A DNA stretch of 62,925 nucleotides, filler included, from Reclinomonas americana ATCC 50394 (taxonomy: Eukaryota), in NCBI GenBank assembly GCA_048213135.1. It is 13 parts of 13 records of this genome, joined end to end, with 100 filler letters (N's around TTAATTAATTAA, not from the genome) between each part and the next. Parts side by side here need not be neighbours in the genome. Positions count along the whole stretch, not along the records: positions 32,058 to 39,584 come from AFZH01020848.1; positions 39,685 to 42,867 come from AFZH01020849.1; positions 42,968 to 48,266 come from AFZH01020850.1; positions 48,367 to 58,274 come from AFZH01020851.1; 9 more parts are not named here. The stretch is one strand, 5' to 3'. A program made the translations under genes and the position numbers. This document shows positions 37,601 through 51,400 of this stretch, piece by piece. Below the pieces are notes generated by a model that was given only the letters and a program-made list of their open reading frames with translations, was not told the origin of the DNA and did no database searches. The stretch's first letter is position 1. The number at the start of each line of letters is the position of its first letter.

Positions 37601-38422
37601 AGGTGGTGGTGGTGGAGGTGGTGTTGCTGCACGACGAGCCGCGCTGAGCAAGGAGGAGAGAGCAGGAGTGAGACCGTGTGTGAGTGTAGAGAAGCAGCAG
37701 CACTGCTGAGCAACGAACCGAGGAGGCCGCGGAGACTCTCCGTCGGAGTCGTCGCCAGCAAAGGGCGGCACAGCGGCACCACTCGATGCTGCCTCGTCGT
37801 CACTGTGGAGTGAGAGGGGGGGAGAGAGAGTGAGAGAGAGAGAGAGAGTTGAGAATGCACGCATGCATGCGGAGAATCGGGCCGTGCACGCAACGGATCG
37901 TCCATCATGCGGATATCCTCGTAGTGCCCAGGCTGCACACAAGCAACACACGCAGAGGGTGAGGAGCAGTGAGAACACAGTGAGTGTGTCATCGGAGATG
38001 AGAACGCAACGCGGTGAAAGTAGTGCAGCAGAGCAGCGGCGGCGGCCGTGCACAGCTGACTGGAGAGCTGCCATACTGCGTGTAAGTGAAAGAGAGAGAG
38101 AGAGTGTGTGTGTGTGAGTGCATGCGTGGTGGTGGCGGAGGTGAGGAGGCAAGTACATTCATTGTTGAGAGTCTTGGCGGTCTCGGTGCTGCGTCGGGGT
38201 GAGAGTGAGTGTGCATGTGTGAGTGTCGAGGGACATGTACAGTGATACGCACCCCAAGTCGATGAGGTAGTCGACGGGCCGCAGCATTCTCTCGCACAAT
38301 GAGTTCGAGTGCAGTGAATCCGACGGATGGTGGACGTGCGCAACTTTTGTTACGCTCTTGCGTTGAGCTTGCTGCGGAGGTGATGTCGTGTCTGTCGTAA
38401 TGGACTGTATGTTAGCGGCCAT
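34643..38422 (-). CDS. Alpha/beta-hydrolase lipase (Abhydro_lipase / lysosomal acid lipase-like family), multi-exon
   Basis: GYPYESFEIETEDGYLLTLERIP..VYFQHGVLDSSYAW, GFDVFLGNFRG, FWNFSLDELG..DV, nucleophile elbow VAHS|MGG, LLSPAG, FQAYDY..N..RYG, GERD (acid), IGHM|DF (His). Both ends are approximate. Confidence 0.9.
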
Positions 38423-40100
38423 GCTGGTGGCAGGCGAGTGGAGCGTGCGCGGTGGTTGTGCGTACAAAATAATCATGGATGACAATACCGGAATACAATA
38501 CAGCAGCGACAAGTGCAGCATGGCGACCCTGTTGCAGCCTGTTCGCGATTGATAGTGAATAAGGATGATGAGACGCAAGCAGTGATGGAGTTTGGGTGGC
38601 TGTCGCGGTGCCCGCTTGCGCATGCCTCAGAATCCGAACACATTCATTCTCATCAACTTGCTGGTTCTGCCGTCGCTCGAGTTTCATCCAGCAACAACTT
38701 TCTAAACCCAGCAGCAACACAGCTGCAAGCTGATCACCATCTCAAAGTGAGCAATAGAGACTAAGACATCGCGAAAACAGTGAGAAAGTCGAGATGCCTA
38801 CATGTTGGCGTTTCTGTGCGAGAAAACACGCCTCATGAGAAGCATGGATTTCACGACAAAGATCACTGCGCAGCTGGCACTGCCATCAACGCTCCTGTTA
38901 CCAGTGTAGCTACTTTAGCGAAAAGCTGCAATACTGGTTTGGAGGCCTGTACCACCATTTCTGCAAAATGGTGTGCTGCAATTGTTGCAATTCAGGAATT
39001 GGTCGTGTGCTCTCGCCTAGTTTGTTGCGCCGCGACGCAATGCTTGCCGGCAGCTTTCAATCCATCTCGATTTGACTGCTGCACTCTGCTTTTCTGCTTG
39101 ACAAATGCCTTTTCAGTGCGTTGGTCAATATCAAAAAAGCGTGCGATCTGCACACATGCTCGTGTGCGCCCTTACGGAACATCCAAACGCTCTCCTCCTT
39201 CGCACTGACACAGTCAGTCCCGCTCGAAAAAAGACAAGACACGGCGTTGCAAGTCAGCTCCCTCTAGAGCTCTGGAGCTCCGGTTTGTTCGCTTTTCGAA
39301 ATTCTCACGCACACTCTTCAACAAGCGGGCACACGACGGCGAACCAGCGGCGCCCAGCAATGTGAAACACGCAGCGTCACCGCTTTGCGGGAACGACCGT
39401 CACTGCCCTTTGCTCTCCGACGAATCACGCATGTTTTATTGGATGTCAGCCATGCACATGCATGATTCGCTGCCTCCACGGACGCCTCTCTGGCTGCACC
39501 ACGGGGGTGGAGGCTCACAGTCATACAATGCAGCAGGCGACTCCTCTAGAGCTGCTGCGATTGCTGTTGTTCACATCTTCTTGANNNNNNNNNNNNNNNN
39601 NNNNNNNNNNNNNNNNNNNNNNNNNNNNTTAATTAATTAANNNNNNNNNNNNNNNNNNNNNNNNNNNNNNNNNNNNNNNNNNNNGGATGTGTGGTGTGGT
39701 AGTATTGCTGCTGACATGTCACGCGCCCTCCTCCTACTCCTTTCCACGCACTCACTGTGTGCCTGCAATCCTTTTGCGACATAGAGCACGAAAACAGCAC
39801 CTCCACACTGACGTGCACTCGCACCCCCCAATAGTTAAGAAGGGCACCATTCTTTTCAGAGATCGCGACTTGCATGTCCGCCTCGAGTGACAGCGGCCAT
39901 GCACACTCGACACCAGAGAGGCAACGAGAGACAAGGAAATACCTCGAGCTGTGCGAGTTGAATACAGACACGGATAAACATCGTCACTGAAGCTCTCTCG
40001 TTCACTACCATGGCCACCACTGCTGCACGCAGACGACGAGGGAAAGTTTCAGACGTGAGAGAGGAACACAAAGTAAAGAGGGAAAGGCGTTGCTAAAGTA

Positions 40101-41452
40101 CTACAAGAACAAGAGCAAGGCGGCGGCGGCGGCGCCAAACAAGAAAAGCGACGACGATGTGGTCACGTGCGAAGCAGCGTTGCCACCAGTGGTGCCACCG
40201 CCACTGCTGGAGCCACCACCGCCTGTTGATGTTGCGCAAGCAGCAGCCAGACCGGTTGAGATTCCTGCGTGGAGGGAGAAGAAAACAAATAACGAAACAC
40301 AACGGCGGAGATGCGAAGAATGGACAAGAGAAACAGAAAGTTGTCACGACATAAAAACCCAATCAGTGCTCGGCCTAAAACGAGCGCACAGGGAGGGGGA
40401 CGCACCGGTGCCAGAGTTATAAGCACCCGTCTCGGTGCCGCTGGTCAACGACTGAATCCACGAGACATACGACGACACACGCGTATTGATCGGCGTGGAG
40501 TTGGCCGCACCACAAGCGGCCGGGCCGCGACTGGTGATACCCACCAGCACGTGGTTGTCGGCGACCACGGGGCCACCAGAGTCGCCCTGCACGCGTAGGC
40601 ACACACACACACACATAGCGAGTTAGGGAAGAGACAAAAAGCGCACGTGTGTGTGTACGTGAGAGAGACGAAACATTGCAGGAATCGGTGCCGGCCGGTG
40701 CGACCATGCAAAAATCACCCGAGGCCAGTGTCGGGCACGAGCCGACAGTCAGCGTCACTCTAATCCACGTAAGAAACACAGTTCAGTACCAGTGCACAAA
40801 TGAGAAGTAAAAAAAAAAAATACAAGAAAGAGACCCACTGTTTCAGGAATTGCGAGGTGGTGGCGTTGGTCGTCGTCGGGTCTGCGGTGGTGGCGATGAT
40901 AAATAAGAATGAATGGCGGCGGCGAATCAACAACAACAGCACTGAATGCGAAAAGAAGGAGAAGAAGGACGCACCACTGGTCAACCCAAAGCCAATGGGA
41001 GTCACATTGGTGCTGCAAAAGAGGTGTGCACAGTGTGAGCGGAGGCAGAAGGGAGTGAAAAGAGGAGGAAAACAACGCAACCCCACAGCCATGATTGCCG
41101 TGTTGAGCTTCACCGGATTGACAGTGGTTCCGCAGGTAGCCGAGCGACTGAGGAACACCAGGCACAGATCGTTGGACTGATTGGTGCTGGAGCCGACATA
41201 GTCGGGATGGCGCGTGAAGCTCGACACTGAAATCTCCTGACCCGCATTGCTCTGCGTGTCAATGCGACCCACCTAAGACAGACACAGACAGAGACAAAGA
41301 AACAGAGTGTATGTCAGAGGGAGTGTGGAGGCACTCGCGCGCGTGAGATCCTCGCACGAAACCACAGCAACGATTCCGGACAGCGATTGCCCGGGAGTGA
41401 AACAGTGAGCTGTGTGTGTAAGAGACCAGGAAGTGTGAGTGAGTGACACGGG

Positions 41453-41483
<31 letters not shown>

Positions 41484-41942
41484 CAGCAGTGACCACAACG
41501 TTGGCCGCAATCAAAGATCCTGCGCGTGCGTGTGTGCAAGTCAGTCAGTGTCTCTTTCACACACACACACACGCGCGCGCACCTCCGCAGAACGGTGAGC
41601 GGTTGACTTGGAAGCTGACCATGAACGGGTACTACGCGCGCACACACACAGAGAGGGAGAAGAGAGAGTGAGTGTGTGTATGTCTTTGTGTCTCTCTCTT
41701 TGTCAAACACACGCACTGCGGTTGGGTCAGTGACCACACTGCCGCCGACAATGCGCACAGTGTCGTCTTCCTCACTGCTGGCCTCCGTGGACGCAGCTGC
41801 ACAATGAAACCTCTTGTCAGTCTCTCTCTCTGTTTCACAACGGCTGAGCATCTCTCTCTCTCTCTTTCTCTTTCTCACCGGCACATGCTGCAACGCACAG
41901 CAGCGCAATGAGAAGCAGCAGAGACAGAAGACGCGTTGCCAT
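40101..41942 (-). CDS. Secreted trypsin-like serine protease (S1A) with a C-terminal hydrophobic, GPI-like signal
   Basis: Signal MATRLLSLLLLIALLCVAACA, propeptide ..EEDDTVR/IVGG, CGGSLI..VVTAAHC, NDLCLV, TDSCN|GDSGGP, GITSRG, NTRVSSYVSWI. A Gly/Ser/Thr linker precedes SSSLFLFGAAAAALLLFL*. Confidence 0.92.
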
Positions 41943-42350
41943 GTGTCTTTGTGTTTTGCTTCCACGTGCACGTGAGTGACAAACACACAATATACTTTTC
42001 GAGCAGGCGGACGATGAAAAGCTCTCTTGTGTGTTCTTCTTCTTCTTCTCTTGCTCTCACTCTGTGTGTCTTGTGCGTTCACTCTCGCGTGCTCTTGGGG
42101 GTCACAGAATCAGCATCTCCTTGTGCGGAAGATCAGTGGCCCCACGCGGCTCCCGAGTCGGGCCATCTCGGGCCACTGATTTTTTTTAAGTGGTGCTTTT
42201 CTCCGTCAGTCTCGCGCGTGTGTGCAACACAAAGAGTGCTCTTGTGTGCCGCTTAACAACAAGCATACTGTGCATCGACCGTAGCGCGGAATATTCTCCG
42301 TTCGATATCGTCGATTCATTTGCTTCTCTCCTCGCGCGCGCAAGTTTTTG

Positions 42351-45300
42351 TCATCGGTTAATGCCCTCCAATTTGTTCTGTGCGTGGATGCATGGAGTAA
42401 GCACCATATACATATGCGAGCGCGGAGAAAGCGAGCATGCCAAACAAACCTGTGCGAGATCGTACAATCTGACCGGGCGAGGATACAGGATGAGCAAAAT
42501 CGGCAAGTCACACAGGCACGCACAGACATACACGCACCTGCTCCACCAATTGTCGTAGGCCTCGTAGACCTTGGAGGTCATCCATGCGGCGGCGTCGGCG
42601 TCGCTGAGATCGGGTACCAGTCGCTGCCGCAAGTTGCGCATCGAGTTGGTCTTGAAGCAGCCGAGCTTCGCCTCAAACATGGGTTGCACGAGGCCGATCA
42701 GCTCGTCCGTGTGCTCGCGGATCACCAAGAAGCCGCGCACGCACAGGTCGAGGAACATGTTGAAGTACTCGGAACGCGGCTCGTTCTTTTCGCCACTGTC
42801 GCCGAGAATCATGACCTGCAAAGCAGCGACAATGGTCAGCAATCGCCTGCCGTCTCCCCGACCCCCTNNNNNNNNNNNNNNNNNNNNNNNNNNNNNNNNN
42901 NNNNNNNNNNNTTAATTAATTAANNNNNNNNNNNNNNNNNNNNNNNNNNNNNNNNNNNNNNNNNNNNCTTTCAAGCAATAATACATGGTCACGCATGCGA
43001 CACGTACCCGCACAGTGGAATAGGTCTCGATGGCCCACAGCAGCTGATGCATAAACGGACGCACCAGCGAGGCCGTCTCGGTGAGATAATCAAGCAGCGT
43101 TCCTGCCGCGCCGCGCCGCGAAATCAGCACACATCCACGCAGAACAAACAACGGACGGACAACTGACCAACGTGGTCGTAGCGCAGCATCTGGATCAGCT
43201 GTGGCATAATCAGCGCCACTCGATCCGGGCTCTGTGCGCGAAGGGCGCGGACGACGTACTGGAGGAGAAAGAGAGTAACATGAGTTGACAGTGGAAAACA
43301 CATGAGCGTCGCGTGTTCGCAACAGCCAGCGTACCTGCTGCACGAATGCATTGGTGAACCATACGCGGTTGAGGAAGAGCAGCACCAGCTCGATGGATCC
43401 AGGCGCCCAGTTCACGAGTCGCTGCAAGTGTACGAAAGTCGACGCATCAGGCGCTCTGCACTCGGTGCAGATCGAGAGCAGCAGCAACGCTTCGCACGCA
43501 ACGGGAAGGAACGGGAACTTGGCCACGTCCTCCGACGTCAGCGTGTCAGACGCCGTGGGAACGTGCGGGATGAGGAAGCGCGCCGCTTCGGGATAGTCCA
43601 AGAACCGCTCGACATTCAGTTGAACCTGCGCGCCACGATGAGATGCATTAATGTGCATGACTGTGTCGTGCGAGGTCTCACCACTCGCTCCACACTGGTG
43701 CGTGCCAGCGAGCAGAACATGAAACGCTTGCCGACGGCCACCACCAGTCGCGGCGAGACGCGCATTGCACATTCCACCATGCTATCCCAGTCATTCTGCG
43801 GCGCGACCAATAGTACACTTGAGGACAGGAGCAGTGGCAGACGGGATGCAGTGGCTGCGAACTGACCTTGCTTGCGGAGAAACCGCCGTCGCTGTACCGA
43901 TCAATACCGGCGAGACCGCGATCTGGATCCTTGTACGAGTTGGTCCACAGCGACAAGCGCTCCATTTGATGCTTCATCAGCTGCAACAGGAGCTGGCATT
44001 GCGCCTTGTAATGGCCCGCCACCAACCGAGTCAGTCGACCGGCGCGCGATCCTCCTACCTCGGCCGGTTATTATCTGCTTGAACATTGCATGGCACACGG
44101 GCATGGATCAGCAACACACCTGTCGTGCTGTGCTCCGTCTCCCACCACCGGCGGCTGGCGCCGGCGCTGGAGGGTGATGGTCGCGGGGCGGAACCCTTGG
44201 TCGACGATGCTGTCGACTTGAGCGACCGCAGGTTGTCGCGACTCTGGCTCGTCGGGAGCGCCACAATGCTGCGACCCGCATCGCGTGCCGTGCTGAGACT
44301 GTACATTGGAAGATGTGCACCAGCTGAGATGGGCGAGTGCGGCTCATGTGAAACAATGTGATGTTTTCTCACCTCTCCGACGACTCGCTGATCGTGTCCG
44401 GTGGCACCTCGTTGATGCCAGTCATGCGCTCGTTGATAAATGAGATCAGTTCAATGACAAAGCTGACGTCCTCCTCCGTCTCCAGCGGCGACGTACTCGA
44501 CGCCCAACTGCATGGCGGGGATGAGCCTCCCTATCCCACGACTCTCGCAAACAAACAACGCGGATCGCACCTCGAGTTGAACGTGAACCACTCAAACAGG
44601 CTGTCGTACAGCAGCGCACAGAACTCTTCGCCGGCCGCCGGTTGCGTCTCAAACAGGGGCGCACGCAGCATATTGGCGCACAGGGCAAGCAAACTGAACC
44701 GCGGTCCGTATGCCTCGTCAAACGTGCTGATCCAACAGAGACCGCGTCAAAACAGACAGCAAGATGAAGTGCGCACACCACAAACGCACCACATGCGCGT
44801 CGACAACGTGCGTCGCAGCAACTGATAGAGCACGTAAAGCTCCTCGGGCCGGTCGTGCCGCACAATGTGGAAGCGTTCGTGCAGGAAGCGCAGCCACACA
44901 CGGAATGTGCGGAAGTCGAGGGTCTGTATCTTGCGGGTCAGCGACGGTGGTGCGCTCGGAAAACAGGTCTCGTACTCACCGTGGCAAATGGCTCCTGCTC
45001 AGGTCGGTCGCCAGCATCAGCTCGTCGGCGTCGGCCACCGCGTGGGGACGCGTCACCGGCACTGTTCTCGTCAGAACCGTCGCCCTCCTCGTCATCGTCT
45101 TGAGCCGACGTGTCGCTCTCGCTCAGCAGCGAATCCACCACACTGTTAGTGGGGTCTGTGTGCGGCATCGACGTCAGTGCCGCTGTCGACATGCCGGGAC
45201 GCGGGCTGGAACGGAAGTCGGGATTCATCAGCTGACGCGGGAATGGCCGCGATGGTGGGTGCGACAGTGGCAGAGCCGGCTACAATGTATGTCACAGCAA

Positions 45301-48266
45301 TCAGAATTCACAACCACACACACACAGACAACAGAAATGCATTTACCTCGCCGACATCGCCCTCGTGCATGCACCATGCGCTGCTGTTCTTCATCAAATG
45401 CCTGCCAAATAGAGTGAGGGTGGAGACATGGCGTGTGCGCAGTGTGTGTTCATGCAAACCATGCAGTGGGTGCGGCGGTCGAGAAAATGCCCAGCTGATT
45501 CTGCGCACACCAGGTCCTGCGACACAGTGGCTGTTGTTTCAGCAACTGGCAGCACAAGCGACACGGCTGCGAGAGCAACTCACCAGCACAGTTGTACCTC
45601 GTTCATCAGCTGCACCGACAGGTGAGGCATCGCCGAGAGCAGCCATGTCCACCAGTGAGTGGCAGCCTCGAGACTCTGCGGCGTGAACAAGCTGACTGGT
45701 GTGAACACAACCCAGTGCAGCAGGTGTTCGGCCACTTGCAGAAACTGCGACACACACACGAGTGTGAGTGCACGACTCTCGTACGAAACGAAGCGACATC
45801 TTGGTCTTGCGACTCCCACTACCTCGGCGCTCTCCATCAGCAACAAACACGAGCGCTGCAGCAGCGACGACAGGGTCGTCAGCGGATCCGCATCGTCCAT
45901 TTCCACACCCCAGTCCTCGCGCATGCGACCGTGCTTCTCCGCCAGCTCGCGAAGTGCCGCAGCGAGTTCGGCGGCCGCGTCCATTGCGCGGTTCATCATG
46001 GCCTGACGAACGTGCGGTCTTTGATCTGCGGCGTACCACCGTGAGCGATCTTATCGAAGCAGCGCTTGCACTCTTGTGACACTTACCAAGCGGCGTGTGT
46101 TGCAAGACTGTGGCGAGAGACGACATGCCGTGAACGTCGCCGTGCAACGAGCGCACCATCAGCGACTGCAGGTGCGAGGCCGAGCTGAATTCACTGGTGG
46201 CACGGTGGAATTCACGGTTGCGGCGCAGCGCCCACTCGACTGCGACATTTTCGTGAGTGTGCGTGCACTAAAGGAAAAGAGACACTCGTGTGGTTGGTAC
46301 AGGCACTCACTGGGGCTCTTGGGCGGCGGCGACTCGAGCACCATGGACACGCCCAAATGGTGCTCGTACTGCTGGTGCAGACGCACGAGACCGCTAATGT
46401 AGTCGTGCAGCGTCGATTGCACGGCCAGCGGTGCCAGTGCCAGAGTGCGTGAGATCCAGGCACCGGAGAGGCGGAGCAGGCTCAGCAGGATCTCCAGTCG
46501 ATCACGCTGACTGTCGACCAAGCTGAGTTCCTTGGCGTAGCCAGCGTCGAGCAGCGTGCGGATGCAGAAGGAGTGCTGTCCATCCATAGATGTAACGGAT
46601 GAGACACTGTCGACATTCAAGTGAAGCACACACACACACAAACACCCATGCGGGAGACGGAACTCCTTCGGCCGAGCTGAGCGATCGGGAGATGCTCAGT
46701 CCCACTCCCTGGATCAGGTCCATGAGCGTGCCCAGCACCAGTCGATCCCACAGGGCGGCAGGCAAGCGCTGGCCAATGAGCTGGATGTAGCGCACGCTGC
46801 GCTCGCGAACCGCCTTGACACGGGCGCACAGCGCCGGCAGCAGCTGGCGGGCGACTTCGAGGCTCACCGAGTTCATGTTTACGCTTCGGGAGGTCTCTGT
46901 GCACGGCAACAACATGTGAGACGGGAGGGCAACATCGATGGGCGGTCACGCGGCAACACACACGCACCCGCATGGCCAGCGCCGAGGAGTGGCGCGACTT
47001 CCAGACCCGCAGTGGAGGCACCAGCGACTGTCGAGCGCCAGCTGGAGGAGTGCACAAAGGGCGACATGAACCGCTTCTGACGATCGCCGCCGTCTACGTC
47101 GTCGAGTGCACCACTACCACCACCACCACCACCACCACCGCTGGCACATGCCGCACCGTCGGCAATATGACCGCCGGTACCCGCAGCCGCGTTGGAGGGT
47201 GATCCGCTGGCGGGGCGCATCATGGAGCGCTGCAGAAGCGAATTGTTCGACACCAGCGAGCGCTCCATGGCGTCCAAGTACGTGTCAAACACCTACGTGC
47301 CCATCAGTGTTGAGCAGTGGCGGGGGAATGCAGGAAGAGAGGTAGGAAAAACGCACCCGATCAGTGATGCTCTTGACAATCTCGTAGATGGTGGTGGAGG
47401 CAGTGGAGCTAAATAGACTCTCGTCCTCCATGTACGCGAACAGCGCTTGCAACGATCCCGATTGCACGCGCAGCGACTCGAGATGGAAGATGGAGAGCAC
47501 GAACACGCACTCTGCAAATGTGAGGTTGGCAATTCCGCGGTCGTCGCCCGGCAACAGCTGGCGGACTTGCAGTCGCAGCTGCGGCATGTACTGTGGAGGC
47601 GCGCCGGTCAGCAGCACACGCGATGTGAAGAAGGTACGGTACGAACGCGTGTGTGAACAGACCGTGTCGGCAAGTTCGGCATTGTGCTTGACAATGGCCT
47701 GGATCTCGTGCTCCGTCTCCAGGAAGCTCTGACCGACAATGCCAGACTTGGAGCCGTCGACTCGCTTGGCCACCAGTGCCGGCGCTCGTGCAGTCATCTG
47801 AGAGAAAGGCGCCATCAAAATGAGCTGCACGCACACTTATGCTCCCAACGCGGCAGCAGCACCTGCAGCACGGCATTGAACCAGGTGTCTTTCCACGGAC
47901 CCTTGACCGAGAAGCCGTACAACACACAGTAGAACCAGATGCGGCGGAAGGTGCGACGGAGCTCCGGACTCGGTGAGAGAACGCTCGACTCGGGCAGCGT
48001 GCGAACGGCGGCGGCAGTGCACGGCAACAGGACGCCGAGATGACTGGCCATCGAGGGAGCCTGGGAGCGATCCATTTTGGCCACACGCAGCTGCACCTGC
48101 AGTCCGAGTGTGGAGAACAGGTGGAAGATGCGCTCGCGCAGCCGCGCCACATGCTTCTTCTTGCGCACCGTGGTCATGAGCGTGTGAAGCGCCGGTGGGA
48201 TCTGTTTTACGAGAAGATAAGTGAGCAAGAGGAGAACTTTTCCTTTGCACTGGCACGTGTTGTGTG
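42351..48266 (-). CDS. PI4KA: Phosphatidylinositol 4-kinase III alpha (STT4/PI4KA), partial; N-terminus and part of the kinase domain fall in gaps
   Basis: C-terminus YFNMFLDLCVRGFLVIREH..LVQPMFEAKLGCFK..LRQRL..YDNWWS|RLYDLAQ. PIK helical region YVVRALRAQSPDRVALIMPQLIQMLRYD..HQLLWAIET. Also ELRRTFRRIWFYCVLYGF and FVLSIFHLESLRV..LFAYMED. Confidence 0.9.
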
Positions 48267-48479
48267 NNNNNNNNNNNNNNNNNNNNNNNNNNNNNNNNNN
48301 NNNNNNNNNNTTAATTAATTAANNNNNNNNNNNNNNNNNNNNNNNNNNNNNNNNNNNNNNNNNNNNTGCAAGCAATGCAGCGTTCAAGTCCAGCAATAAG
48401 TGTACAAATGCGGACAGTCGCCGGGCACGCGAGCCGCATCTGTCCATTGTTGCGTTACTGCGTGCGCGTGTTTTGGCGA

Positions 48480-51400
48480 ATGGCGACAGAGGCGTCTCCG
48501 CGTCCTCTTCTCTCGCGGTCATCTCCGACGCGCAACATGACGCTGCCGGAGATCACGGCGGCGGTTGTGGCGGCGGTTGCGGCGGCCGGTGGCGAGGAGG
48601 TGACATCATCATCATCAGCAGCAGCGTCGACCGTTGTCGTTGCATCAGCCCGGCGACCTCCACTGCACGATGTCACCTTCAACAGCGCTGTGCCTGCTGC
48701 TCTTCCGCCACCTCCGCCTCCGCCTGTGCGAAGTGCCACGCATCCTGGTCATGGCGGATGGGAGCGACGGAACATGGTGTGTGTGCCTGTCGCTTTTACT
48801 TGCTCTCACTGTGTGTGCTCATTCGCGTGTGTAGGTGTTCATTGAGCAGCTGGCGGAGCGCAACAGAGAGCAGCAGAAGTTGCGTGAGGCAGAGCTTGCC
48901 AAGGAACGAGCGGCTCGGGAGAAGCTTCGCCAACGCATCTTGCTGGAGGTGTGTGTGTCAATCGTTCGCCATCGCTTGTTGCTTGCTGGTGTGCTTAAGA
49001 GAGAGTAGGCGGCGGAGAGGACACAGGCACGGCAGCAGCAGTTGACGAGTACGTATGCGGGAGATGAGTTTGCGGACGATGAGGCGGTGGAGGACGCGGT
49101 CAAGGGGCGCAAGCAGTCGCGTGGTTCGGTTCCGCAGGCGCCCAAGCGCCGGCCGTCGAAGAAGTTCTTGGAGTTGAAGCAGAGGCATCAGGAGATGCTG
49201 CGCGACATGGAGCTGGAGCGCAAGGCGCGCGAGGAGCAGAGGTGATTGCGGATTTCGTGTCCGGAATGCCTGTTTCTTTATATTAACGTGTGATGAGTTG
49301 GGCAGGGCGGAGAAACAGCGGCAGCAGGAGGAGATGCATGCAAAGTTGAAGCGCAAGCTCGGTGTGGCCGAGGTGACGAGCACCAAGGACAGATGGTGAG
49401 TGTCGTTGAGGGTGCGAGAGTAGGTTTCATCTCGTGAGCTGACACAAAACACCGGTGGTCGATTGCAGGTATCAAAACGCTTCAGAGGAAGGCGCGGAAC
49501 CAGCGTCACCGCAGCGTAGTGAGTCACCAGCGGTACAAAAGGCCAAGCCGCGGCCGCCATCGCAGCCGCGCCCTCGCACGCATTCATCGGCGGTCAGTTT
49601 GCAGCCACGATGTCAACGAACGCCGTGTCTCGTTTGTCTCACACCGTACAAACCACAGGACTCGACTCTTGCGCGGCTGCTGGAAGAGCATCCCGAGAGG
49701 CCTCGAGTGCCCTCGCGACAGTCGCCAACCTCACCGTTTCGTCGTCCTCTCATTTCTTCCATCCTGTCTCTCTCACTCACTCTCGTTCTTTCTTTGCCGC
49801 CACAGAAAACAGCTGATTGCACGCGGCAAGCTGGCACGCAGCACGAGTTCACTGGGATTGATGGAGTCGCCGAGTGCGGAGGACACTGAATCCAAGGTCC
49901 ACCTGACGCACACGCAGAGGGGTGTGTAATACGGAACGCAGTCATCCGTGTTTCCCTCAGTCCACTGACAGCTGGTTTCCAGAGCAACTGATCAGCCGCC
50001 TACACATCAACAAGGTCGGTCAGGCATCTGTGTCGGACATTCACAAGTGGAAGTCGCGGCACGGAATTGATTCGGAAGCAAGAGTTGCGACGGCTGCCGC
50101 TGCCGCCACACTGACTCGCGTCACTTTTTGTGCTCACCCGCAACGACGATGGGCGCACAGATCTTTTGCATGACATGCAACTTGCCGGGCTTGCGTAATG
50201 CTCTGTTGGAGCGAGGATGGCACGAGAACCCCGATCCCGAGAGTCTCTTCTTCGACTTCAAGTGGGCCCTCAAAGCCAAGGAGATCCCGTACAAGACGCT
50301 GAACAAGACGCAGATTGTCAACCACTTTGAACGGAACTCGGTCATTGTCTCCAAGATTGGATTGATGAACAACTTGTCGGGCATTCGGTGGTACGCCGAC
50401 GTGGATTTGCGGATATTCTTCCCGCGATGTTTTGAGCTGTCGAAGGAGCAGTTGGACGAGTTTGAATGTTGCGTCCAGTGGTGAAAGGAAGTGCACGAGC
50501 GCAGCTGGTTCTCATCTGTGACTGTAGATGAGTACAAGCTGACGGCTGCCACATCGCTGTTGCGAGTGTTTGTCAAAATGCGACAGCGTGACAAGTTCGA
50601 CCCCGCCGTTGTGCGACTGGCGCTGCAGGCGTGTGAGAATCACGTTTTGCAAACATGGGAGCTGTGTGAAGATGTTGCGTCTCTCTTCCTCCATGGTGTG
50701 GTGCTGCTTGTGCGCTCACCATCTCGCAGCTGTTCGGCTTTGGTGAGTTCCGCGAGCTGACGGCGGAGGAGTGGGAGAAGGTGTGGAAGGTGCCGGCCGA
50801 GTCGTACGCTTCGGTCTGTGCGCAACCGGGACTCTCTGGAGGTGCGTGTAGATGTCTCTGTTTTTTTTTCGTCACTGTGACTCACGAGCATGCGCCATCT
50901 TGTAGAGGAGTTGCAAAGCACGCTGTTGGGACTTTCAGGCGTACCACCTCGAGCCGCAGCAGGCAAGAGTGCGACTCCGAGAGCTGCAGGGTCGGGGTCA
51001 GCGAGCGCCGCGGCAGGCAGCGGTGGAGCGTGGGACGAGCTGGAGATGCGAGCCAACAAGGTGCTGTCGATCCTGCAGGAGCGCAACCCGCAGTATCACA
51101 TTGAGGGCGTGCGCAATGTGTGGATTGTGAAGCCGGGTCGTCTGTCACGTGGACGAGGTGAGTTGCAGGGAGGGATTCTTTTCCACACGGATTGTGCACT
51201 GAACCCCGTGATGATTGTGTCTTCGTGATAGGCATTGCCTGCTTCAACAGCCTCGATCGCATCAAGGAGTACACAAAGGATCGGGAGAAGGATGCATTTG
51301 TGGCACAAAAGTACATTGAGGCGCCGCTGACGATCAACCGGAAAAAGTTCGACATTCGACAGTGGGTGCTGGTGACCGACTGGAACCCGCTGACAGTGTG

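Noticed and set aside
38600..40090. Lower-GC region without clear exons, with two CCTCTAGAGCT copies; possible transposon relic or ncRNA
   Set aside because: I could not identify terminal repeats, transposase or RT motifs, or an RNA structure, and a gap interrupts the region.
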